From positions 1 to 50,046 of the IMG/VR virus record IMGVR_UViG_3300045012_000081: 50,046 bases of DNA, one strand, 5' to 3'. The translations under genes and the position numbers were made by a program. Positions 8,055 to 17,625 of this stretch are shown here, one piece after another (the first letter of the stretch is position 1; every line of letters begins with the position of its first letter). Source of the stretch: a virus. Its lineage: Duplodnaviria; Caudoviricetes. The notes below the pieces were generated by a model. The model was not told the DNA's origin, did not search any database, and saw only the letters and a list, made by a program, of their open reading frames with translations.

Positions 8055-10513
8055 TGTTGGCTCCTTGCTTTGCGCCGTTCGTCTGCAGCCTTAGCCTTTG
8101 CCCGCGCATCCATTTGCTTCTGGGTCGGTGAGTTAATCCCGACTTGCGAAAGCAACATCTGGCCGGCCCCGCGCTTGCCGCTCGCCACATCGGTCACCTG
8201 TCCGATTGGACTGACCTGTTGCGTGAGATAATGTCCGACAGACTCGTCTTGGCCGATCTTCTTGCCAGTAAATGTGTCCGTACCTGTCATCAGCTCTACT
8301 GGGACTTTTAATGCAGGTGAGATTGGCATGACCGAGCTCATCAAACCGCCCCAAGTTTTATCTCCCGTGCTGAATTTATAGATCGCGTCTGGCACCGAGT
8401 CCGCGCCGAACCGGCGTAGTGAGGCGTTATCATTCCCCGTAACCTTCTGTACTAACTGATCAAGCGCCGGATATACAACCAGGCTAGCAGTAGCAAGCAT
8501 AGCCATCTGATCGATCGCATGTGCGCGGTCTGCGATAGAAGAGTCTCGACTAACGAGATCCTTAACCATGTTGCCATAAGAAGCAAGCCGCCCATAGTCG
8601 TACCTCCCGAAAGCCGTTACCGCTGGTGATTTAAGGAACTGTGAAGCTGCGCGGCCACCAGGCAGGTCAGTAATCTGATCCGGAATACGATAGTTTGGAA
8701 TGTGCTTCTCTGTCTGCGTGATAGCTTCATCGAGCCCCATTCCGCCGTTCATCTTCGCCATGTAGCCGTGCATCATAATCACGTCGTTCCAGGACCAAAG
8801 CGACTTTGCACTATAGGCATAGATAGCCTTAACCATGTTCGCTGGATTCGCATAGCCCCAGGCCTTGGCAACCGCATCCATTTCTGGCGCGGTGCCTAGC
8901 TGTTGCGCCATGCTCTCAGCAAAGTTCCGCGTCACCACCGAGGGGTAGATCAGTCCCGCGCCTTGCTTGAGTGCTTGGCGGTAGAGAGGTCCCATGGTCA
9001 TGACTTCCTTATGCGCGGCCAAGGCTGTCTTTACTGTGCTCGGCAAGTCGATAGTCAATGCTTTGAGGTTCCCTACCAACCCTCCCTCAATCATCTTATG
9101 ATCCAGCACGTTTGCAATGTGCGGCAGAGGGTTCCAGAACAACGAGCCAACAGTCACCCGCGTGATGTTACCGAGCTTTGCCAACGCGCCACCCTTGTCT
9201 ATCCCCGAGTAGTCATCCAATATATTCGCCACTCGTGGCGCGAACTTATACCCAGCCAGCTGCGGTATCCCATTCACCGCGCGGAAGCCTTCTGGCGCCT
9301 CTGCGGCCTTTGGCGATACGAGAGTCTTGAACTCTGGACTGTGCTTGATTTGTTCAAGGAACTGCGCGTTGTGGAGAGCCTCGCTCAAGTTAATGTTGCC
9401 GTTGATTGCGCTCAGCAATGGATCATGATAGTAGCGGATAGGCGTATTGGCCTCAATCGCCTTCGTAGTGCTATCGGTTAGCTTAAATGTTTCGCCCATG
9501 AATTTGACTTGCTTGTTAGCGAGATCATCCGCGCCAAGCTTACCAGAGCCCATTACCTTCCCACCGCGATAAACCTCGAAGCTATTGTTGTTCTTGCTCT
9601 GCACCAGGTGCAAGTCTTTCTCTCCTGCCCCTTCCATTCCAAACACTTTACGCGCTTGCATCTCTGGCGCGAAGGTACTAATCCCTTTAGGCTGGTTCGG
9701 CGGCAGCACTCCCTTGATGGTATCCACTACGCTCGACTGCCCAACGGGAATCCGCCCGACGTATTTCTCCACGTCAGGACCTTTCTCGCCAGTCAAGATA
9801 GTAATCATGTCACGCATCTTCTCATTCTTCGCCATGATCGGAGCGACCATCTTGTCTTTGATATACTGTGCGCGCGGACTTAGCTTAATCGAGTCATCCT
9901 CAAACGAGTGGTAGATATCCTCCGCATGCGTGCTATAATCCTTCGGCAGAAAATTCTTCACGTCCACCAGCCACTGCATCTTCATTCCTTGCGCGGCTTT
10001 GCTGAGGGTATAGAGGCTATCGCTGATTTTCGCAATAGGATCACCAAGCCGAGATGCGATATTCCCGAGAGCGGATATACCAGCGGCCTTGTTCGTGACC
10101 GCGTTGATTGTACCTTTGGCCGCGCTGGCGAGAGCCATAGTCGCAGCCTTGCCGAGAACCACTGGCGCGGCTTCAGGAAACGGACTATCTGCCGCAGACA
10201 CTTTATCGAATTCTTCATTCTCTCCCACCTTCGGTGCGCCGAAGAAGCCACGCAGTTTATTCTCTAAATCCCACGGACCTCCGCTACGGTCTACTTTGTT
10301 TCGTTTAATGTCTTCCGGGGTTGGCGGAGTAGCCGCTCCAGCCGTTGCGCTCGCGAGCGCATCTTTCGTTGGCGCTTGAGGTAATACTGCTCGCGACTGA
10401 CCGAGTGCGCTTGGTGCTTGCTGTTGCTCACGGCTGCCTCCGAATAGTTCATCGGCGTTGCCAGTCGGAGCTGGCGCGCTTGCGCTGCCGAATAGTTGAT
10501 CTGCATCAGGCAT
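8051..10513 (-). CDS. large internal virion/ejection protein
   Basis: 820 aa, helical, last of three ejection-type genes after the nozzle and GNAT. Confidence 0.55.
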   Translation of the reverse strand: MPDADQLFGSASAPAPTGNADELFGGSREQQQAPSALGQSRAVLPQAPTKDALASATAGAATPPTPEDIKRNKVDRSGGPWDLENKLRGFFGAPKVGENEEFDKVSAADSPFPEAAPVVLGKAATMALASAAKGTINAVTNKAAGISALGNIASRLGDPIAKISDSLYTLSKAAQGMKMQWLVDVKNFLPKDYSTHAEDIYHSFEDDSIKLSPRAQYIKDKMVAPIMAKNEKMRDMITILTGEKGPDVEKYVGRIPVGQSSVVDTIKGVLPPNQPKGISTFAPEMQARKVFGMEGAGEKDLHLVQSKNNNSFEVYRGGKVMGSGKLGADDLANKQVKFMGETFKLTDSTTKAIEANTPIRYYHDPLLSAINGNINLSEALHNAQFLEQIKHSPEFKTLVSPKAAEAPEGFRAVNGIPQLAGYKFAPRVANILDDYSGIDKGGALAKLGNITRVTVGSLFWNPLPHIANVLDHKMIEGGLVGNLKALTIDLPSTVKTALAAHKEVMTMGPLYRQALKQGAGLIYPSVVTRNFAESMAQQLGTAPEMDAVAKAWGYANPANMVKAIYAYSAKSLWSWNDVIMMHGYMAKMNGGMGLDEAITQTEKHIPNYRIPDQITDLPGGRAASQFLKSPAVTAFGRYDYGRLASYGNMVKDLVSRDSSIADRAHAIDQMAMLATASLVVYPALDQLVQKVTGNDNASLRRFGADSVPDAIYKFSTGDKTWGGLMSSVMPISPALKVPVELMTGTDTFTGKKIGQDESVGHYLTQQVSPIGQVTDVASGKRGAGQMLLSQVGINSPTQKQMDARAKAKAADERRKARSQQ

Positions 10514-11760
10514 TATTTAATCTCCTCGTACTGGTTCGGTCCAGTCTTCTTGTACATCTTGTCTCCCTTGCGGAACTGATCCCCGACGGAGAGCGCAGTG
10601 AATTGCTCCTTCGTATCGATGGCTTGAGGGAGAGGTCCTTTGAGACTCGCGTCCTTTGCGCCGATACCTGTGCCGAAGAAACCTTTCTTGCCTGGGTCCA
10701 CCATCTTCTTCGCCATCGGAACGAGCTTGTTAACCTCGCGCGTGAAGTCATCTGCGGTCACGGTGTCACCAGGCTTGGTTACTTGCTTCGACAACGCAGC
10801 TTTCGCGCCAAGCAACAACTGTTGCGCGACAGCCTTCTTCTGCGTATCACCAAGCATGCTCAAGTCAGGGTCGCTTGCGATCAAAGATTGAATGTATGGC
10901 GCACCTTTGTCAGCTTGCTTCGCCGCGAAATCTTTGCTCTTGGCCAAGTCCATCGCATCCGTGCGGCTCACGCCTGCGGCTGCCCGCGCATCAGTCCGCG
11001 CATGCCAGTCCATCTCCGCTGACTTCCACTGTTTGTCCAAGTCCACCTTCTGCGCATTGAGATTTAGGTTCGCGCCTTCAAGCCCCAACCTGCCGCTGTC
11101 GTATCGGACTTTCTCTTGGTAGCTCAGGTTCGCTTGGTCTTCTGTTACTTTACGATGAGCCTCTTCGAGATTGTCTTTGTAGCTCATCGTCCCCTTCGCG
11201 ATCTGCTGCAACCGCGGCCAGTCCTGCACGACATTACCAGACAATTGGAACTTGCTAATGTCTGTGCCAGGCGGTAGGCTCGCTAGCGCGTCAGTGTAGC
11301 CTTGCTGATCGCCCGGCTGTATCGCGCTAAAGACTTTACCAATCGCATCTGTTTGCTTGCCCATGATATCGAGCGCGTTCTTCTGCCGCGTCATGGCTTG
11401 GTCTCGTAGCGTGCTAGCCTTGGTGCTGTACTCAAGAGCCAACTTCGGGCTGAACCGACTTATATTAGCCGCGATCTTATCGTAGATAGCTGCAGTCTTC
11501 TCCGCAGGATCAACGTTCGGCTGGCCAGTCGCTGGGTTCGTTCCACCGCCTTGGCCACCTTGCTGATCCGGTTGCTGTGCTTGCGCGTAAGCGTCCGCAA
11601 TTGCCTTACGCTCTTGCATCTGGTTCTGTATGTTGATAATCCCTTGCGAGAGCTCTACCGCGTGCAAGCCCATTTCGAGCTTAGCATCTTGCATCTTAAT
11701 CCGCCCTTGCACCGCGTCGATGTAAGCCTGATAAATCGGCGGTCCATAGTTGAGTGCCAT
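10513..11760 (-). CDS. internal virion/ejection protein
   Basis: 415 aa, Ala/Gln/Lys-rich helical; position in the module. Confidence 0.55.
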   Translation of the reverse strand: MALNYGPPIYQAYIDAVQGRIKMQDAKLEMGLHAVELSQGIINIQNQMQERKAIADAYAQAQQPDQQGGQGGGTNPATGQPNVDPAEKTAAIYDKIAANISRFSPKLALEYSTKASTLRDQAMTRQKNALDIMGKQTDAIGKVFSAIQPGDQQGYTDALASLPPGTDISKFQLSGNVVQDWPRLQQIAKGTMSYKDNLEEAHRKVTEDQANLSYQEKVRYDSGRLGLEGANLNLNAQKVDLDKQWKSAEMDWHARTDARAAAGVSRTDAMDLAKSKDFAAKQADKGAPYIQSLIASDPDLSMLGDTQKKAVAQQLLLGAKAALSKQVTKPGDTVTADDFTREVNKLVPMAKKMVDPGKKGFFGTGIGAKDASLKGPLPQAIDTKEQFTALSVGDQFRKGDKMYKKTGPNQYEEIK

Positions 11761-11769
11761 AGTCCCTCC

Positions 11770-13017
11770 TTAACCTGTGTAGCCAGAGATGAGATCATCC
11801 GGCGTGCTGGTGCTCGACGCGCCAAAGTTTTCGCTGCCCGACGTTGAGCCGCCCGAGCCGAAGCTAAGTCCGCTAAGCAACTGCCCAACGCCTGAGCCAA
11901 GGCCGGCAAGGCCCGAAGCAATATTGCTTCCGCTGGCTTGGTTCGCGACCCCAAGGTTAGCCAAGATACCGCCTGCGCTAGCTGGGCTCGAGTTGCTAGC
12001 TTGCGTAGCCGTGAGCAGAGGCCCAAGGATCGACAAGTTCGCGTTGATCGCGCCAGAGTTAATTCCCATCATGCTCTGCAACAGGTTCTGCAAATTGACT
12101 TGCGAGTTTTGTTGCTGCGTCGACTGCAGTTGTTGCGTTCCCAACTGATTGCTGAACGACTGTTGCTGTTGGCCGGTGAGCAAGCTAGCCAAGCTCGCGG
12201 TGTTGCCGAACTGATTCTGGCCCATCTGGTTGACCAGCCCTTGTAGACCTTGGTTCGTGGTTGAGGTCTGGTTCGCGCTAGTCTGCGCGCCGAGCAAGTT
12301 CGTAATGTTCTGTTGTACTGCCTGTGAGGCAAAGTTCTGCCCGTACTGCTCCGCTGCCGCGTATTGATTGCCTGAGCCTAGTTGACCGGTCTGCGCAAGG
12401 CTGCGGTTGAGATTCGACAAACCTTGCGTCTCTTGGAATTGCTCGCCAGAGGTGAGTGAATAAGGGTTCTGCCCCAGTATCGCGCTAATGCCGGAGGGCA
12501 ACTGCACGCCTCCGCCTTGCAGCGTGGACAACAGCTGCGTCGGGTTGTTAAGCAAACCTTGCAATGCGCTCGTTTGACCCGGCGTGCTAATATTACCTTG
12601 CGCGGACAACCCACCAGTGTTAGTGCTAATATTCGCACTGCCCATAATCGAATTGAGCAGACTCAGTTCCCCTTGCTGCGCCGTTGCTGTCTGGCCTTGG
12701 ATACTACCTAGCTGGCCAGGATTGAGCAAGTTCTGCAACGTAGGGACGAAACCAGTTGCGTACTGTCCAAACGGATTCGACGCTGCCGCGCCAGCTTGCA
12801 ACTGGTTGAGGTTACCTCCGGCCAGACCTTGAATACCAAGCCCCGCGCTGAGACCACCCGCAAGAATATCGCCAATACCTTGGCCAAGCGAGCTGCCACC
12901 ACTAGCGCCTCCTCCACCTCCACCGCCACCCCCTCCGCCGGAGAGAAGCGCACTAGCTCCTGCAGACGCAACGCCACCTGCGACAGCAGCTCCAATTCCT
13001 CCAGCGACTACGCACAT
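11770..13017 (-). CDS. DNA pilot/ejection protein (MC-start, Gly/Gln/Ser-rich)
   Basis: MCVVAGGIGAAV start after the GNAT gene; QFQETQGLSNLNRSLAQTGQLGSGN...QYGQNFAS resembles P22-like DNA transfer proteins. Confidence 0.6.
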   Translation of the reverse strand: MCVVAGGIGAAVAGGVASAGASALLSGGGGGGGGGGGASGGSSLGQGIGDILAGGLSAGLGIQGLAGGNLNQLQAGAAASNPFGQYATGFVPTLQNLLNPGQLGSIQGQTATAQQGELSLLNSIMGSANISTNTGGLSAQGNISTPGQTSALQGLLNNPTQLLSTLQGGGVQLPSGISAILGQNPYSLTSGEQFQETQGLSNLNRSLAQTGQLGSGNQYAAAEQYGQNFASQAVQQNITNLLGAQTSANQTSTTNQGLQGLVNQMGQNQFGNTASLASLLTGQQQQSFSNQLGTQQLQSTQQQNSQVNLQNLLQSMMGINSGAINANLSILGPLLTATQASNSSPASAGGILANLGVANQASGSNIASGLAGLGSGVGQLLSGLSFGSGGSTSGSENFGASSTSTPDDLISGYTG

Positions 13018-13529
13018 GATTCACCTCTTGGAAGGTCTTTCAACTTTAGTTCCATGATAACATCGTCTGCGATATAACCGCGCTTTTTAAGAATCTCAAA
13101 CAACTTTCCAGCTCTTGTTACGGGCCAGCCTATGATGCTAACCCCGCGCGAACTGAATTCCTCTTCCACGCAAGACATAAATCTTGGCATAGATGCTCTG
13201 TACGCAGGCTGCACATAAAAAGTATCCACGTTGCCGCATAGCTCGTTTTTCAGATGCATGCTGTAATAGACCACCATCAACGCGTAGCCGTGTAGAGCGC
13301 CGTTCTCCCCGCGCAACGTTAGGGCTACCAAAGCCCCATTGTCCGCCAGGCTAAGATACTGGTCAATGTTTGGGTCTATTTGCAAGCCCCGCTGTCCGTG
13401 ATAAGCACAGGTGTCTTTCTTTATCTCCGAGCACTCGTCCCAGCATTCTTGACCGAGTGGGGTAATCTCTTCGGAAAGCTTGATTGTAAAAGGCTCAACA
13501 GCTATGTTTACAACAGCGGTGGCTTCCAT
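13008..13529 (-). CDS. GNAT-fold acetyltransferase-like virion-module protein
   Basis: LHGYA...DTFYVQPAYR...LKKRGY; sits between nozzle and ejection genes. Confidence 0.65.
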   Translation of the reverse strand: MEATAVVNIAVEPFTIKLSEEITPLGQECWDECSEIKKDTCAYHGQRGLQIDPNIDQYLSLADNGALVALTLRGENGALHGYALMVVYYSMHLKNELCGNVDTFYVQPAYRASMPRFMSCVEEEFSSRGVSIIGWPVTRAGKLFEILKKRGYIADDVIMELKLKDLPRGESCA

Positions 13530-13530
13530 C

Positions 13531-16407
13531 TTATACCCCTTCTTCGAATTCGAGTTCAATCGACTCTACACGCTGAGCGGTAAAGTCGGTGTGGCGGATC
13601 TGGTACGCGGTTCGGTTCGCGCGGCCCATTGCCGAGATAAATGGCCAAGGGTTTTGCATGTTTACAGGCCTGTAATAAGACCACGTTTTGTAGTCCGTCT
13701 CGCTATGCCGAATCCACAGGTTGCTTGCGGTCTGATCGCCTACGATTGCCGCGCGAGTGATAAACTTGTCCCGCAGTTGCCCAGCGTCCCAGATTTCACT
13801 TACCGTGTTAAAGTCGATTGGGTTACCGTAGTCTGAGCCTGTGTTGTAAGTCACAACGTAGATGTTGCCATTGCTTGGGTCTTGGACAAAGACCGAGCCA
13901 CCAATGTTGCCTGCTTCTGAATTTCCAAGCTCGTGTCCATCGACGCCTTGGTAGTAGGTATACATGTAAGGCTGAAGCGAGCCGCTAGTCTGCGGCGAGG
14001 CAAAACCGTTGATGTTATATTGCAGCGTGTATGGATCAATAACATTAAAGACCGCGTTACCGTTGAACAACGGATTGCCAATGCCACTTACAACCCCAGG
14101 GTCGCCGTCGTTCATGCCATGCTGGTTTGGCGCAGTGCTGATTACTGCCCGCGCAAAGCTTGCGGTGTAGAAACCAGTAACGCTCACGCTGGTAATCGGC
14201 TGGACTGGCGCAGGCCGCAGGCTGGTCCACACGTACCAAAACTGCATTGAGAAATCGTACACGAGCGTGATACCAGTCGTGACCAATGTGAGCACATAGC
14301 ACGGATGTCCAAAGTGGCTGGTAGCAAACGCATAGATCGAAGTGAGCGGATCGTTCTGAATAATCCGATCGATGAAAGGAGTAGAGACAATCGTCGGCGA
14401 GTACCCTTGCATCATGTAGACCTTAGCGCCCTCTGTCGAAGTCTGGCCTACCCAAAGCACACTTGCTTGCATCTCTACAATCGAGCGGCCATTGGCGCAA
14501 CCCACTTGGTAAGCCAACGCGGTGTTTGCGGAGAGCGCAGAGCCTGGACTAGGATTCGCGTTGTCGTAGAAGAACTCGCAAGACCATGCGCCGAAGCCAA
14601 CGAGGAACTGTCCTACCTTCGCAATGCCGACGCCACCGTTTGGCTCGTTCTGAATCGCGATTTCGTTGAGGGCAGTCCATGTGCTTGGGTCGTTGATGGC
14701 TGAGCCCCAGATCTTTCCAGCCGGGTCCATGACGTAGAACACACCATCGAGGTAAACGAGGCCAAAGACTGTTACCGCAGGATAGTTCGCGTTGGTGATC
14801 TTGGTGAGCAACGAGAGGGCTGCGTTGAAGTAGTAGCCTTGATGCGCGGACTTAAACACCAGCAACGGTGTGGCAATACCGCTCGAGGTCTGGTTGAAGT
14901 TGTAGAACTCGCCGGCAACAGTCGGAGTCAGCGGAAAGTTAACATTGCCGCCACCGACAGTCCACACGTCATTGTAGAACGTGGAGCCGCCGCTGGAGCC
15001 ACCAATGATCCAAAGGTTACCGTAGGCAATGACCTGCATAGAGCGGTTGGCGTAGCCAGGGCTTGCAGTAAGCAAAGTCCAATTGATGCCATTGGAGCTG
15101 GTCCAGATCTCGTCAACCTGCGCGCCGTTGATGTAGGAGGTGAAGTAGAAGTAAGTCCCGTTTGCGTAGACTACTTCACCTCCACGGCCACCGCTGACCG
15201 CAGTGCCGTCGAGGAAACCGTAGCCGGTGACAGGGATGTTCTCACCATTCGCGATGTCAGTCCAACCGCAAGCCGTTGTGTAGAGCGAACCGACAGTGGT
15301 GAACGTGACTGTCGGCGCGTCGTAGTAATCACACCATTCATCCTCGAACAGATCACTGTCGCCAGATATGTAGCGCTGTGCTACCGCGCCGGAACCACCA
15401 GCACCATTCACCGTCGTGACAGTGATACCGTAAGGCTCTTGCAGCCCCTCGCTCGTAACCACCGTAAAGGGTAACATCGGACAGCCAGCGACTCCAAACA
15501 CATTACTATTCACCCGAGTCCACGTGACACCGTTCGTACCTCCGTCAGACCACAGATCGGCCACTGCGGTTTGAAACGCGGTGAAGCTGCCGTTGTTGTA
15601 GAAGCCTCCAATCACATACATCGTCGAACCGACAGCGAAGAAGCCGAACCTGCGCCGGCCGATCCAAGGTGCTGCCGCGTTCTGCACTGTCCAAGCGGTA
15701 CCGTTAGTCGTGCTCCATACGTCGTGCCATAAACCTGGGGTTAGGCCAGAAAGACCTTGGCCGCCTGCAAGATAGATTGTGTTGCCCAGTACCAAAAGTT
15801 CAAAGTCCGCGCGAGGCAGCCATGCGGCATGTGCAGTAATCTGCGTCCACGTTGCGCCGTCTGGCGTGCTCCACACATCATTGAGATAGGCACCTGCCGC
15901 GTTCTGCCCTCCCATGATGTAGAGAATGCTGTTGAGTACGATAGCCTTCGCGCCAGTGCGGCCCGTCAACGCCGCTGGTAGGGTTGTGTTTTGCGTCCAG
16001 ACTGAACCGTTGATGCTTGTCCATGCGTCGTTGAGCAAACCGCCCGCGTTATTCCCGCCGATGACCCACAGCTGACCAAGAAAGCCAACCATCGCCGCGC
16101 CGTCTCGCGCGCCAAAGCCGGCTGAGGCAGTAACCAAAGTCGGAAGAGAAGCGGCTGCGCCTGAGTATTCATTCAGGTAATCACCAGAGACGCCGTACAG
16201 AGTGCCGTTGTAGTCATCAATACCTTGGCCAAGCCCTACCACGCCAGTGTAGGCGATGGACAGCCCAGCGCGTTTGATCGCGCGAAGCTTCTCCTGGCCC
16301 TGCTCCACAAGCCCATTTACTACCTTCGAGTCATACGCAAGTGTCGAATCACGAGACTCGATCCTCTCTACAACCCCAATGCGCGGATTCTTTTGTGCCC
16401 AGGCCAT
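13531..16407 (-). CDS. tail nozzle/DNA-stabilisation protein (P22 gp10-like) with Kelch-repeat insertion
   Basis: KRAGL N-terminus; VYLDGVFY, SAINDPSTW, EFFY, VGCANGRSI, GHPCYVLT..TLVYD nozzle motifs; Kelch repeats GG..LNDVWS.DG.TW. Confidence 0.7.
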   Translation of the reverse strand: MAWAQKNPRIGVVERIESRDSTLAYDSKVVNGLVEQGQEKLRAIKRAGLSIAYTGVVGLGQGIDDYNGTLYGVSGDYLNEYSGAAASLPTLVTASAGFGARDGAAMVGFLGQLWVIGGNNAGGLLNDAWTSINGSVWTQNTTLPAALTGRTGAKAIVLNSILYIMGGQNAAGAYLNDVWSTPDGATWTQITAHAAWLPRADFELLVLGNTIYLAGGQGLSGLTPGLWHDVWSTTNGTAWTVQNAAAPWIGRRRFGFFAVGSTMYVIGGFYNNGSFTAFQTAVADLWSDGGTNGVTWTRVNSNVFGVAGCPMLPFTVVTSEGLQEPYGITVTTVNGAGGSGAVAQRYISGDSDLFEDEWCDYYDAPTVTFTTVGSLYTTACGWTDIANGENIPVTGYGFLDGTAVSGGRGGEVVYANGTYFYFTSYINGAQVDEIWTSSNGINWTLLTASPGYANRSMQVIAYGNLWIIGGSSGGSTFYNDVWTVGGGNVNFPLTPTVAGEFYNFNQTSSGIATPLLVFKSAHQGYYFNAALSLLTKITNANYPAVTVFGLVYLDGVFYVMDPAGKIWGSAINDPSTWTALNEIAIQNEPNGGVGIAKVGQFLVGFGAWSCEFFYDNANPSPGSALSANTALAYQVGCANGRSIVEMQASVLWVGQTSTEGAKVYMMQGYSPTIVSTPFIDRIIQNDPLTSIYAFATSHFGHPCYVLTLVTTGITLVYDFSMQFWYVWTSLRPAPVQPITSVSVTGFYTASFARAVISTAPNQHGMNDGDPGVVSGIGNPLFNGNAVFNVIDPYTLQYNINGFASPQTSGSLQPYMYTYYQGVDGHELGNSEAGNIGGSVFVQDPSNGNIYVVTYNTGSDYGNPIDFNTVSEIWDAGQLRDKFITRAAIVGDQTASNLWIRHSETDYKTWSYYRPVNMQNPWPFISAMGRANRTAYQIRHTDFTAQRVESIELEFEEGV

Positions 16408-17129
16408 TACCGCCCCCGCATATCGTATTTGATACGGACTTCAGTATCTTGCTCTTGGCCCCACTCGATGATCTTTTCCTTCGCGGTGAGGGCACGCTTC
16501 TCGATCCGCGCATAGCGAGAGTCGGAGACTGGATACTCATTCGCGATCTCGTACGCCAAACACCACTTGAAGGGAAGATAATATTCCGCTGGAAAGTCAA
16601 TCACGTCCGTGAGCAACACAGGATTCTGCAACGGCTGGAGGGCCTTGAGCAAGACCTGCTGCGTAATGCCTGCAAACGGAATCGGGTACATAGTGATTCG
16701 CGCGCTGGTTGAATTCAACTCACTACCGAGGGGCTCAAACCAGTACTGCGTCGGTATCCCGAATGCAATGTCCTTTCCGCTCAGCTCTACATACTGCGAT
16801 CGCGAGATTGGCCATAGCTGGATGCACTGGAGATTAATTGTGTTTTGGATCTCCGCCTCGAGTACCCTAAGCGGACGGTCGGTAATAAGGTCTGGTCCCG
16901 TCGAGCCCATATAATACGTCGCCTGATTAGCCACCATCGGCAGCGTAAGCGTAGCCACCTTCCACAACGGAATACCATCTGCTACCCACTCCTTGAGTAA
17001 AAGTTGAAGAGCCATTCCAACGTTGTTGTAATCGTTGGAACCTGGAGTCGCAGACTGATCCAGCGCGCCACACTGGCGCATAGCTGCTTGGATGATCTGG
17101 TCCTGCGTGACAGCGTAATCAGTGGCCAT
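16407..17129 (-). CDS. head-tail adaptor protein
   Basis: Start MATDYAVTQDQIIQAAMRQCG; LLLKEW, G.PTQYW, FPAEYYLPFKWCLAYEIA. Confidence 0.7.
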   Translation of the reverse strand: MATDYAVTQDQIIQAAMRQCGALDQSATPGSNDYNNVGMALQLLLKEWVADGIPLWKVATLTLPMVANQATYYMGSTGPDLITDRPLRVLEAEIQNTINLQCIQLWPISRSQYVELSGKDIAFGIPTQYWFEPLGSELNSTSARITMYPIPFAGITQQVLLKALQPLQNPVLLTDVIDFPAEYYLPFKWCLAYEIANEYPVSDSRYARIEKRALTAKEKIIEWGQEQDTEVRIKYDMRGR

Positions 17130-17137
17130 TGCTGCTC

Positions 17138-17623
17138 CTAGTATGGCACATAGGCCCAGTAGATGTTGAACACAGTTGTCGAGCCATCGCCTTGCGCGAA
17201 CTGGAACGGGGTGGTGAACTTTTGCTGCGCGCCACTGTTGTGAAGCCAGACGCCAGTCCACTGGATCGCGGCGTTGAGCGGCGGTGGAGTGGTGAACGTA
17301 ACCTGGCCCTGTGGGAGAACTATCGTGTAGGCAGCCGTTAGAACACCGTTAACATACAACGCCGGCGTGCCTACTACAATCTCACCAGTCGGAGTCGGCA
17401 GCGTTCCGCTGAAGACATTCGGCGGCTCAGGGTTGCTGTACGGCACAGCCATTTGGTCCTTCACACCGCGCACGAAGTCCTGCGGCTGGCGCAACTCCCA
17501 GTCTTCCGGACAGCACCAAACGTTGTCCCAACGGAGCTTCATCTCCGTGTTCTTGTACTTGAATCCGCATACTTGGCAGACCATATTCCATCCGCCAGGC
17601 AGCCAGTAGTCAGCGCGTCCCAT
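17138..17623 (-). CDS. hypothetical protein with N-terminal Zn-ribbon
   Basis: WNMVCQVCGFK...WDNVWCCPEDWE.RQPQDFVRG, a motif typical of phage head-tail regions. Confidence 0.65.
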   Translation of the reverse strand: MGRADYWLPGGWNMVCQVCGFKYKNTEMKLRWDNVWCCPEDWELRQPQDFVRGVKDQMAVPYSNPEPPNVFSGTLPTPTGEIVVGTPALYVNGVLTAAYTIVLPQGQVTFTTPPPLNAAIQWTGVWLHNSGAQQKFTTPFQFAQGDGSTTVFNIYWAYVPY

Positions 17624-17625
17624 GA

